Below, piece by piece: positions 16,840 through 25,288 of a stretch of 27,906 nt of DNA; the stretch's first letter is position 1; each line of letters begins with the position of its first letter. The translations under genes and the position numbers were made by a program. Source of the stretch: an uncultured Acidimicrobiaceae bacterium (GTDB lineage Bacteria > Actinomycetota > Acidimicrobiia > Spongiisociales > ZC4RG35); assembly GCA_964586615.1 (NCBI GenBank), contig CAZPIZ010000004.1, positions 1 to 27,906 of the forward strand, written 5' to 3'. The notes under the pieces were generated by a model. That model was not told where the DNA came from. It did no database searches and saw only the letters and a program-made list of their open reading frames with translations.

Positions 16840-18072
16840 TCAAATCGTTTCGAGGCCGGTCCGGAGGCCATGCACCATCTCCTCGACATGCCCGGGGCTG
16901 AAGATGAGAGGCGGGGAGATCTGGAGGCCGTTACCCGCTATCGCTCGAGTTATGACGCCTGCCTTGCGAGCGGCCATCGCCACCCGCGGCGCCAGGGTGG
17001 CATCGGCGGGATCGAGCTGTAGAGCGGCCATGGCCCCGGTGCCTCCGCGAACTGCCACCGCCGGCCCCACCCCGATGAGAGTGTTCAGCGCTTCCACGAG
17101 CTCGGTCTCGAGCTGGAGCGCTCGGGCAAAGACGCCTTCCTCTTCATAGATCTGGGTAACGGCCAGGCCCGCCGCGCAAGCCGAGGCATGGCCGGAATAG
17201 GTGTAGCCGTGTCTCCAGATGACCCCGGGTTGGTCATAGAACGGAGCCGCCACTTTGGGGGAGGCGATCACGCCGCCGAGCGGCTGGTACCCGGCGGTGA
17301 CACCCTTGGCGAAAAGGATCAAGTCGGGTTCGAGGCCGAAGCGGTTGGCGGCGAACCAATCACCAATCCTCCCAAATCCTGTGATCACTTCGTCTGAGAT
17401 GAAGAGGCCCCCGGCCGAGCGCACCATGTCGCGCACTGCGAGGAGGTACTCGATTGGCACCGGCCTGACCCCACCGGCCCCTATCACCGGCTCACAGAAG
17501 ATGGCGGCGATGCGGTCGGCCCCGGCATGGTCTATCGCCTTCTCGACCGCTTCGGCGTCGTCATGGGGCACGAACACGATGTCGCCCACCAGATCGCCGT
17601 AGCCGGATCGGTTCGGTTCTATTCCGCCCAGCGAGGTCCCGTACGTATGCATTCCGTGATAGGCCCAGTCGCGGGCGATGATCACACTCCGCTCGGGATT
17701 TCCGGTGACGGTGTGATACCGCCGAACAAGCTTGGCAGCGGTGTCGACGGCATCGGAACCGCCGCTGGTGAAGAACACCTTCGAGTTGGGGTCGGGGCTG
17801 TTGGCTGCGATTCGCGCGGCCAGCTCCAGGGTTGGACGCGTGGCGAAATCGGTGAAGGTGTGATAGGCGAAGAGCTCCTCGAGTTGGTGGCGCACTGCAT
17901 CGGCCACGTCCAGCCTGCCGTATCCCAGGTTGGCGAACCAAAGGCCGGCGGTGGCGTCCAGGTAGCGGTTCCCGTCCTCGTCGTAAACCCGGCAGCCCTC
18001 GCCGCGAACGATGACAAATGGGTTGTGCTGAACGGTGTGCATATCCGCAAACGGATGCCAGAGAGAAGTCAT
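16840..18072 (-). CDS. Class III PLP aminotransferase (omega-amino acid/polyamine type)
   Basis: LWHPF, YLDATAGLW, FFTSGGSDA, AYHG, EPVIGAGG, DEVITGFGR, PLP Lys in FAKGVT, and HGYTYSGH. Confidence 0.92.
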   Translation of the reverse strand: MTSLWHPFADMHTVQHNPFVIVRGEGCRVYDEDGNRYLDATAGLWFANLGYGRLDVADAVRHQLEELFAYHTFTDFATRPTLELAARIAANSPDPNSKVFFTSGGSDAVDTAAKLVRRYHTVTGNPERSVIIARDWAYHGMHTYGTSLGGIEPNRSGYGDLVGDIVFVPHDDAEAVEKAIDHAGADRIAAIFCEPVIGAGGVRPVPIEYLLAVRDMVRSAGGLFISDEVITGFGRIGDWFAANRFGLEPDLILFAKGVTAGYQPLGGVIASPKVAAPFYDQPGVIWRHGYTYSGHASACAAGLAVTQIYEEEGVFARALQLETELVEALNTLIGVGPAVAVRGGTGAMAALQLDPADATLAPRVAMAARKAGVITRAIAGNGLQISPPLIFSPGHVEEMVHGLRTGLETI

Positions 18073-18142
18073 ACCCAGGAGGGTAAACGGGTGTACCGGC
18101 CCCTGAATCCCTGCTCTCCGCTAACGCGGATTGCGTCTCGAC

Positions 18143-19531
18143 TCAGCCCGCCCTTACCTCGGCGATCAGCCTCGTCAGGCTCGCTTTGGCGTCGCCGAAC
18201 AGCATCGAGGTGTTGGGCGCATAGAACAGGTCGTTCTCGATGCCGGCGAAGCCGGTGCTCATTCCTCGTTTGAGCACGATCACCCGTCGTGCCTTGTCGG
18301 CGTTGAGGATGGGCATCCCGAAGATCGGACTGCTTTCATCGGTCCGGGCCGCCGGGTTCACCACGTCGTTGGCTCCGATGATCAGGGCGATATCGGCTTC
18401 TTCGAATCGCTGATTGATCTCATCCATCTCGTACAGACGGTCGTATGGCACGTTGGCTTCGGCAAGAAGGACGTTCATGTGACCGGGCATCCTTCCGGCC
18501 ACCGGGTGGATTGCGTAACGAACCTCTCCACCGTTCTTCTCGATCAGCTCGGCCAACTCCCGAACCTGATGCTGGGCTTGGGCGACCGCCATGCCATAAC
18601 CGGGCACGACGATCACCGAATGGGCGTAGGCGAGTTGGAGAGCAGCGTCTTCGGGGGAGATCTGACTCACCTCGAGACCCACCGCACTTCGAACAGTCCC
18701 TTCGGTGGCACTTCCGAAGGCGCCGAACAGGATGTTGGCGAACGACCGGTTCATCGCCTTTGACATGACGATCGAGAGGATGAAACCGCTGGCGCCGTCC
18801 AGAGCCCCGGCGATGATCAGGACCTCGTTGCCGATGGCGAAGCCGGTCGCAGCGGCCGCCAACCCGGCATAGGAGTTCATCAGCGAGATCACCACCGGCA
18901 TATCCGCCCCGCCGATGGGAAGCACCAACGACATGCCGATGATCGTCGCCAGAGCCAACATCCCGTAAAACGCGAACTCGGCCCCCGGGGTGAGAACGAC
19001 GTAAACAAACAAGCCCACGGCGGCGCAGCCCATAGTCAGATTGACCAGGTTCTGGCCCTTGTAGGTGAGAGGACGACCGGGGATGAACTCGGCCAGCTTT
19101 CCGAAGGCGACGAAGCTTCCGGTGACTGTCAAAGCCCCAAACAGGACCTCGAATCCGAGGGCCGACATCTTGGCCACGGATATGGCGCGACCCTCACTGA
19201 GGTCGGTGTAGTACTCGGCTACTCCGACCAGCGTCGCCGCCAACGCACCAAACATGTGAGAGAAGGCGATCCGCTGAGGCATCGCCGTCATCGGGACCCA
19301 CATTCCCAGGGGGTAGCCAATGATCGAACCGAGGATGAGCCCCACTGCGATCCACCCGTAGCTGACGACCTCGGCCTTGACCAGGGTGCCGACAATGGCA
19401 ATGAGCATTCCCAGCGCCGCCAGGTTCATCCCTCGCCTGGCCTGGGCGGGTTTGGTGAGACTCCTGAGGCCGAGGATGAACAGGACCGAGGCGGCCAGAT
19501 AGGCGAGTTGGGTTACGAGCTCTCTGCTCAC
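18143..19531 (-). CDS. pntB: NAD(P)+ transhydrogenase subunit beta
   Basis: MPQ..A..H, GADMPVVISLMNSY, KAMNRS, VPGYGMAVAQAQ, IHPVAGRMPGHMNVLLAEA, GANDVVNPAA, GMPIL and KRGM. Confidence 0.97.
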   Translation of the reverse strand: MSRELVTQLAYLAASVLFILGLRSLTKPAQARRGMNLAALGMLIAIVGTLVKAEVVSYGWIAVGLILGSIIGYPLGMWVPMTAMPQRIAFSHMFGALAATLVGVAEYYTDLSEGRAISVAKMSALGFEVLFGALTVTGSFVAFGKLAEFIPGRPLTYKGQNLVNLTMGCAAVGLFVYVVLTPGAEFAFYGMLALATIIGMSLVLPIGGADMPVVISLMNSYAGLAAAATGFAIGNEVLIIAGALDGASGFILSIVMSKAMNRSFANILFGAFGSATEGTVRSAVGLEVSQISPEDAALQLAYAHSVIVVPGYGMAVAQAQHQVRELAELIEKNGGEVRYAIHPVAGRMPGHMNVLLAEANVPYDRLYEMDEINQRFEEADIALIIGANDVVNPAARTDESSPIFGMPILNADKARRVIVLKRGMSTGFAGIENDLFYAPNTSMLFGDAKASLTRLIAEVRAG

Positions 19532-19577
19532 GATTCAGCTCTGATCTGATGGGAGGTTGTTCGTGTCTCGATCGAGA

Positions 19578-19892
19578 TCAGCTCTTGATAGGTGGCACGG
19601 GGGAGGCAGATCCGTCGAGCTTCGATGGCCGGAACATTCGAAGCATGCGATCGGTGATCAAGAATCCGCCGACGACATTTGCCATGGCACAGGTCACGGC
19701 GATGACGCCGAGAACAGTGGCCAGCGTGTTGCGATCGGAGCCCGCCGCCACCAATGAGCCAACCAAGGATATGCCGGAGATGGCGTTGGTCGCCGCCATC
19801 AATGGAGTGTGGAGCAGTGCCGGTACCCGGGTGATGATCTGATAGCCGACGAACCCCGCAAGCACGAAAACATATAGGTCGGCGATGGACAT
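19578..19892 (-). CDS. pntA: NAD(P)+ transhydrogenase subunit alpha, part 2 (membrane domain IIa only)
   Basis: VPALLHTPLMAATNAISG and NVVGGFLITDRML. Only 104 aa, with no domain I. Confidence 0.93.
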   Translation of the reverse strand: MSIADLYVFVLAGFVGYQIITRVPALLHTPLMAATNAISGISLVGSLVAAGSDRNTLATVLGVIAVTCAMANVVGGFLITDRMLRMFRPSKLDGSASPVPPIKS

Positions 19893-20015
19893 CGCAGGTG
19901 AGGTTAGGGCCTGTTCCCGGCGCTATGCATCATCCTTATGCCACGGTCGCGACCCAAGCGGTCGGCCTCCTGAGCCGACGGTTATGAGCACCGGGCTGTC
20001 CTACAGTTCTCCTAT

Positions 20016-21194
20016 ATGTCGTTCATGTCGCGTGAACAGATGCTGGCGGCCGCCCTGGAGGTCGTCGGTGAGATTGGGCCCGATGAGCTTTCCGATCGGA
20101 TGTCAGCCGGGCCAGTGGTATTGATCGACTGCCGGGAGACCAACGAGTTTCCCACCGGCGTGATCCCCGGCGCCCATCTCCTTCCCCGGGCCATTCTCGA
20201 CGACGTGACAGCAGCCGGGATCTCTCCTGACGCCGACATAGTCGTGTATTGCGCCAGCGGCGTCCGCTCGCTGGTCGCCGCCCGCAACCTGCACGATGCC
20301 GGTTTCACCAAGGCCACCTCCTTGGCTGGAGGCATCCATCTGTGGGCCATGGAGGGCCGGGGGGTGGTGGCTCCCTCCGGCAAGCTCACCTCCGAGCAGC
20401 GTCAGCGTTACGCCCGACATCTAGTTCTCCCCGAGGTGGGGGAAAAGGGTCAGCAGAGGCTGCTCGATTCGAAAGTGGCGATCATCGGCGCCGGAGGTCT
20501 CGGTTCCCCGGTAGCCCTCTATCTGGCGGCGGCAGGCGTCGGCCATATCGGGATCGTTGACCACGACGTTGTCGATCTTTCCAACCTTCAGCGGCAGATA
20601 CTTCACGGTGTCGACCGGATCGGACGCCCCAAGGTCGATTCGGCCCGCCAGACCATTGCTGCCATCAATCCCGATGTCGAGGTCGTCGCCCATCGCACCC
20701 AACTCCAGGCGTCGAACGCTCTCGAATTGCTTCGCGATTACGACCTGATCGTTGACGGTTCGGATAACTTCCCAACCCGCTACCTGATCAATGACGCCTC
20801 CTTGCACCTACGGATTCCCGTAGTGCATGGATCTATTTTCCGGTTCGAGGGCCAGGCCTCGGTGTTCGTTCCGTACACCGGACCTTGCTACCGCTGCTTG
20901 TTTGCCCAACCACCACCTCCCGAACTCTCGCCGAACTGCGCAGAAGCCGGTGTGTTTGGTGTTCTGCCTGGGATCATCGGCTCGATCCAGGCGATGGAGG
21001 CCATCAAATTGCTGCTCGGATTGGGCGACCTGCTGGCCGGGCGGTTGCTCATCTACGACGCACTCGAGCAGGACTTTTCCACCGTCAGGGTCAAGCGAAA
21101 CCCTGATTGCCCGGCCTGCGCAGATCCGGCCCACCCACCACCGCTGGTCGACTACGACGCGTCGTGCCGCCCCGAAGCTGTCACCGGCGGATAG
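20016..21194 (+). CDS. moeB: Rhodanese-MoeB/ThiF fusion (molybdopterin-synthase adenylyltransferase MoeB/MoeZ-like)
   Basis: Rhodanese loop YCASGVRS, RYARHL, GAGGLG, SNLQRQ, DGSDNFPTRY, CYRC, CAEAGV and CPAC. Confidence 0.93.
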   Translation: MSFMSREQMLAAALEVVGEIGPDELSDRMSAGPVVLIDCRETNEFPTGVIPGAHLLPRAILDDVTAAGISPDADIVVYCASGVRSLVAARNLHDAGFTKATSLAGGIHLWAMEGRGVVAPSGKLTSEQRQRYARHLVLPEVGEKGQQRLLDSKVAIIGAGGLGSPVALYLAAAGVGHIGIVDHDVVDLSNLQRQILHGVDRIGRPKVDSARQTIAAINPDVEVVAHRTQLQASNALELLRDYDLIVDGSDNFPTRYLINDASLHLRIPVVHGSIFRFEGQASVFVPYTGPCYRCLFAQPPPPELSPNCAEAGVFGVLPGIIGSIQAMEAIKLLLGLGDLLAGRLLIYDALEQDFSTVRVKRNPDCPACADPAHPPPLVDYDASCRPEAVTGG

Positions 21195-21584
21195 TCATCT
21201 GACGTTGATCTCGACCGGCTCAGCTATTCGATTCCTTATCTCCCAGCCTGAGATCTCGCCGCCGACGACGATGAGGTGAACCCACTCAGGCTCGTTTGCC
21301 AGGGCCAGGTCGGTTCTCGAGGGATGGCTCGGGCCGCTGGGATGGGAATGGAACGCCCCGATGAGATCCCAGTCGTTCGACAGGGCATGACGCCAGGATC
21401 GGAAATGCTCGGTGGGAGCGATGGTGAAAGTAGTGGGGGAGTGGTCGGCGTTGGTGAGCGGATAGACAAACCGCACGACATCTGGCTCACCGGCCAGAAG
21501 CCCACAGCATTCCTCCGGCGTCGAGAAGGTCTCGTGAGCGCGTATGGCTTCGGCAGCCGCGGCCGGAAGCAGGAGGTGCCTCAC
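21195..21584 (-). CDS. M67/JAMM (Mov34/MPN) metallopeptidase, Mec-like
   Basis: PEECCG and FHSHPSGPSHPSRTD (HxH-x7-S-x2-D). Start GTG 21584 overlaps the SDR stop (GTGA); the track's 21923 start is an extension inside the SDR gene. Confidence 0.88.
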   Translation of the reverse strand: MRHLLLPAAAAEAIRAHETFSTPEECCGLLAGEPDVVRFVYPLTNADHSPTTFTIAPTEHFRSWRHALSNDWDLIGAFHSHPSGPSHPSRTDLALANEPEWVHLIVVGGEISGWEIRNRIAEPVEINVR

Positions 21585-22423
21585 AGATAGGGCTCGACCC
21601 ATCGTTGGCTGGATTCCCACAGCAGACTGCGCCCGGTCGCATCCGTCACCGCCTGGCCCGGTGTCCGCAGGCCCTCCGGGGCGAGGTAACCGCCGGATGG
21701 AAGGGATGGATCCGTGGCTGCTCTCACTAATTGCAGAGCCCCCACCTCGGCCGGGGCCATCCGGCGTGTCACGAGAGCCCGAGCGGGTTGTGGGATGCGA
21801 CGCCAGAGGTCGGTCGCCGCCAGCCCTGGATGAACTGCCAACGACTTCACTCCCTGGTTGCGCTCGGCCAACTCCACCGCCAGCGCGGCCATCGCCGCTT
21901 TGGAATGTGAGTACTCCCTCCATCCCGTGAGGCTTCGGGTCTTGCCCCTGGCCAGGGCCGGGTCGAGCTTCGGGATCAAGTAGTGGGCGTTGGATGACAC
22001 GTTGATCACGGTCGTGATCGCGAGGTGCGTCTGGAGGACGAGTGTCAGGAGAAAATGGGAGACATAGTTGACGCCGAAGGCGAGTTCGAAACCATCACGG
22101 GTGACCCCCCGCTTTCCCGCCGTCGCCGCATTGTTGATCAGGATCAAGGACTCACGATGACCATCATCAATGACGTCGTCGGTTATCGAGCGGGCGGCGG
22201 CTGCCACCGAGGAGAGATAGCTCAGGTCCGCCTCGACCAATCGATGAGAAGCGCCCTGCGAGTCGAGTTCGGTCTGGACGACCCGATGTCTTTCCGGCGA
22301 CCTTCCGACGAGGACCAGCCGGGCACCTAGAGAAGCCAGGTGCCTCGCCGCAAAGCGCCCGATTCCGGCCGAAGCGCCGGTGATGATCACTGTCGAGCCC
22401 GCCAACGAATGGCCGGCGGTCAA
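21581..22423 (-). CDS. Short-chain dehydrogenase/reductase (retinol dehydrogenase/WWOX-like subgroup)
   Basis: TGASAGIG, LINNA, FGVNYVSHFLL, NVSS, YSHSK (YxxxK) and VHPG. TTGA overlap with the upstream stop. Confidence 0.9.
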   Translation of the reverse strand: MTAGHSLAGSTVIITGASAGIGRFAARHLASLGARLVLVGRSPERHRVVQTELDSQGASHRLVEADLSYLSSVAAAARSITDDVIDDGHRESLILINNAATAGKRGVTRDGFELAFGVNYVSHFLLTLVLQTHLAITTVINVSSNAHYLIPKLDPALARGKTRSLTGWREYSHSKAAMAALAVELAERNQGVKSLAVHPGLAATDLWRRIPQPARALVTRRMAPAEVGALQLVRAATDPSLPSGGYLAPEGLRTPGQAVTDATGRSLLWESSQRWVEPYL

Positions 22424-23574
22424 AGCTCTGCCTTGAGGGCAGCGATCAGAGCTTGATACTGGTCAAGGTCGTTGTACGGTGCGGCGGAGATCCTGACGTT
22501 GCGTTGCGGCCAGAGGGGGAAGGGAAATACCGGCACCTGGATCCGGTATTTCTCGAATAAACGGGGGCCGAGGGGATCAAGAGGCCCCGTCATCGTTTCC
22601 TTGCTATCGGGCAACGGAACCGCCGCCAGCGACCCGATCATCGAGTCGGGGGCCGGTGGCTCGACTCCCAGAGAATCGCAGAGCAGGTCCCTGGCGGCCA
22701 GGGCAAGGCTCCGGTTGTGGTCCATGGTCCCTTCCAACCCGTTCGGATAGAGCGAGCTCAGGAAGTCGATGGCGGCGGGGACCGAGAGATGAGGCGAGGG
22801 ATCGTCGGCACCCATGTAGTCGAACAGGACATGGAATCGGGGGCGGTCGGTGCGAGGGTCATTCCAACCGTGACTGATGACCGGCGGTACCAGGTTCTCG
22901 CCTAGCCCGGCTCGGGCCCACAAGAACCCCGAGCCTTTGGGTGAGCTCAACCACTTATGGCAATTGCCCGTGTAGTAGGAGGCACCGAGCCGGTTCAGAT
23001 CAAGGGGAACCATCCCCGGCCCGTGGGCACCGTCCACCATGACCGTCACCCCTCTGGCCTCGAGGGGGGTGATTATGGCTTCGATTGGGAGGACAAGACC
23101 GGTGGGTGAGGTGACGTGATCGATCAGGACGAAGCGGGTCCGATCGGTGACCGCCGACAGGACCGCGTCCACGACTCGCTCGGAGGAATCAAGGGGAAAG
23201 GGAGCTTCGGCGATCACCACCCTGGCATCTGACTTCGCGGCCGCGTAGTCGAGGGCATTGCGACAGGCGTTGTAGACGTGATTGATGGTCAGCAACTCGT
23301 CGCCCGGCTCGAACGACAGCGAACGTACGACTGTATTGACACCCATCGTGGCATTGGTCACGAAAACCAGATCGGCCGGGTTGGCTCCGACCAGGGCTGA
23401 CAGCTGGGCCCGGGCATCGTCGAGAGCCGGCTCGAAGGCCTCCAACACAAAGCCGGTCGGGTTGGCTTCGATGAGGCGACGCCACCGATCCTGCTCTTCG
23501 AGGACCGGTTGGGGAGTCGCACCGAAGGAACCGTGGTTCAGTTGGATGATCGTGGGGTCGAGAAGCCAGCTCAT
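22420..23574 (-). CDS. Class V PLP aminotransferase (isopenicillin N epimerase / cysteine desulfhydrase / EgtE-like)
   Basis: LNHGSFGA, FVTNATMG, IDHVTSPT, VDGAHGPG, NCHKW and RISA..YN. Start set at ATG 23574. Confidence 0.9.
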   Translation of the reverse strand: MSWLLDPTIIQLNHGSFGATPQPVLEEQDRWRRLIEANPTGFVLEAFEPALDDARAQLSALVGANPADLVFVTNATMGVNTVVRSLSFEPGDELLTINHVYNACRNALDYAAAKSDARVVIAEAPFPLDSSERVVDAVLSAVTDRTRFVLIDHVTSPTGLVLPIEAIITPLEARGVTVMVDGAHGPGMVPLDLNRLGASYYTGNCHKWLSSPKGSGFLWARAGLGENLVPPVISHGWNDPRTDRPRFHVLFDYMGADDPSPHLSVPAAIDFLSSLYPNGLEGTMDHNRSLALAARDLLCDSLGVEPPAPDSMIGSLAAVPLPDSKETMTGPLDPLGPRLFEKYRIQVPVFPFPLWPQRNVRISAAPYNDLDQYQALIAALKAEL

Positions 23575-23582
23575 CAAACCCC

Positions 23583-23630
23583 TTTTGGCGCGGACATTCG
23601 ACACCAGGAAAGCAGACCAACGCGCCAAAA
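23583..23630. repeat. Solo 48-bp inverted repeat TTTTGGCGCG-N28-CGCGCCAAAA
   Basis: Perfect 10-bp arms, flanked by AAACCCC on the left and CGGGGGG on the right, like the 10.06/11.08 kb repeats. Confidence 0.8.
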
Positions 23631-23647
23631 CGGGGGGTCCCCGGTCT

Positions 23648-24517
23648 CTATCGCCGCTTTCGGGGATGGCGGGGTGGAACCGATGTCTCCAGCCGGGCCA
23701 GCACCTGGGAGAACTCCGTTCCCCAGCAGGGGACGAACTCCCGTCCGACCGCCTTGACGAGGCGCGAGATCTTGCCGTCCCGCTGGTACCAGAACACTTC
23801 CGGGCTGATCGATCCGGGCCCGTCTACGAACCACTGGCTGCCGATCTCGATCATGCCGGCGACAGAGGCCGTGATGCGATCGTCGTTCACCTCGGTGTAG
23901 AGGAGCGCGTCACGGCACGGCGCCATCGCCACGGCTCCGAATAGGTTCTTCGGCGACAGCAAATGGTCGAGAGAGAGAAGGACGCTCGAAGCGAAGAAGT
24001 TGGCCCGGACCCACACCAGCCTGCTGTCTCCTCTTGCCAGGATTCTTCGTTCCCGGGGCTCGTCCCAGATTGTCTGTTGGCGGGCATCCTTGAAGGCGCG
24101 GTCTACGGAGACTCCCCATGAATCGATCTGTGGAGGGGAGACGGTGATGCAGCCGACATCGTTGCGCATCATCAGGATCTCATCGAGCCCATCGCAGATC
24201 CGGCGGTAGGCCGCCCAGCCGGGATCGGAGCCGTCGGCGCTCAACCGGACCCGGAGGTTGGGACCGGCCTGCTCGTAGTCCGGGGGGAATTCCGGGCTGA
24301 TTGCGCCCAGCATTGTCAGCCTCTCTCCAACCCGCACGGGCCACTCGTCCTCAGGGATGTCTGATAACTCTTGGGCCAGGTTGACGAGGCCGTAGACGCC
24401 ACCCCTGCGATCCCGTACCGCCCACCCTCCCTCCAGCACCTCCACTTCGTCCCTGCCCAGGTGATCGAGGACGATTGACAACAACTGTTCGTGTTGGGTG
24501 GTATTGATCGACGACAT
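23648..24517 (-). CDS. Hypothetical soluble protein (289 aa), possibly distantly DUF1444/YtpQ-like
   Basis: Plausible ATG at 24517; the track's 24712 start overlaps the divergent gene. YGLVNLAQ, FFASSVLL, AVAMAPCRD and GPGSISPEVFW look like conserved blocks. The family guess is weak. Confidence 0.7.
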   Translation of the reverse strand: MSSINTTQHEQLLSIVLDHLGRDEVEVLEGGWAVRDRRGGVYGLVNLAQELSDIPEDEWPVRVGERLTMLGAISPEFPPDYEQAGPNLRVRLSADGSDPGWAAYRRICDGLDEILMMRNDVGCITVSPPQIDSWGVSVDRAFKDARQQTIWDEPRERRILARGDSRLVWVRANFFASSVLLSLDHLLSPKNLFGAVAMAPCRDALLYTEVNDDRITASVAGMIEIGSQWFVDGPGSISPEVFWYQRDGKISRLVKAVGREFVPCWGTEFSQVLARLETSVPPRHPRKRR

Positions 24518-24592
24518 GGCTCTGGTGTACCGTCCGGCGAGGGTGAATTCAAGAGGGGCGGTCGACACCCCCGACCGATTAGGTTCTTTGGA

Positions 24593-25279
24593 ATGGACCA
24601 AGCCCAAATCGATGGGACCCTGACTACGGCGGAGGCAGCGCTGGCTTCGGGTGGAAAGGTCGACCTCGGTGTGCTCGGCTTCTGGAAGGCAGTTACCGCC
24701 GTTAAGAAACAACCCGACATGGTCGAGGTGTTTGCGGATCGCATCGGACGCATTGATCGGGAGGCATTCGAGCGCTGGGCATTGTTGAAGTTGCCTTCGG
24801 GGGTGGGCACCGCCCTGTCAACTGCCGCTACCGCCGGAGGCCTGGCGCTGATCGGATGGGCCTATCGATTGACCGGGACCGCTCAAGGCCTGGCTCTCCT
24901 GGTCGGGACGGGCATCGTTCTCACGGCCACCCATGGCCTGGCGCACTGGGTGGTGGCTCGGGGCCAGGGCATGAGGGTCACGTATTGGTTTGTGGGCACC
25001 ATGCGCCAGCCCCAGCCCGGAATCAAGGTCGACTACGCCACCTATCTTCGGACCCCGGCCCGGCAGAGGGCATGGATGCACGCCTCAGGAGCGATCGTCA
25101 CCAAGGTCGTCCCCTTCATCTCGCTCGCCCTGGGATTGCTGATGGGGGCTCCCACCTGGACTTTGGTCATTCTGGGACTGCTCGGGGTCGTGCAGATCAC
25201 CACCGACGTGCTCTGGTCCACCAAGGCCTCGGACTGGAAAAAGTTCAAACGAGAGATGGCGGTGGCGAGGGTCGGCTAA
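24593..25279 (+). CDS. Hypothetical membrane protein (228 aa) with HGxxH motif
   Basis: ATG 24593 is 7 nt after TAGGTT. About 4 hydrophobic segments; THGLAH, PQPGIKVDY, RAWMHASG and SDW. Confidence 0.75.
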   Translation: MDQAQIDGTLTTAEAALASGGKVDLGVLGFWKAVTAVKKQPDMVEVFADRIGRIDREAFERWALLKLPSGVGTALSTAATAGGLALIGWAYRLTGTAQGLALLVGTGIVLTATHGLAHWVVARGQGMRVTYWFVGTMRQPQPGIKVDYATYLRTPARQRAWMHASGAIVTKVVPFISLALGLLMGAPTWTLVILGLLGVVQITTDVLWSTKASDWKKFKREMAVARVG

Positions 25280-25288
25280 AACCAATCC

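Noticed and set aside
19566-19577. 12-bp palindrome TCTCGATCGAGA between pntA2 and pntB
   Set aside because: A single occurrence with no loop or U-tract and no supporting context; may be chance.
19907-20001. Possible riboswitch between pntA2 and moeB (GTCGGC-N7-GCCGAC hairpin, GGTCGCGACC palindrome, 9-bp outer stem)
   Set aside because: Both flanking genes have -10 boxes 8 nt from their start codons, so this segment would lie upstream of both transcripts. It does not match the Moco, SAM, ZTP or NAD+ riboswitch cores I know.
21585-21923. N-terminal 113-aa extension of the JAMM protein (also track extensions of acnA, the Mo-enzyme, msrB and 24491..25279)
   Set aside because: These extensions lie inside neighbouring genes or promoters and are low-complexity. 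Downstream starts have coupling overlaps, SD sites or -10 boxes.
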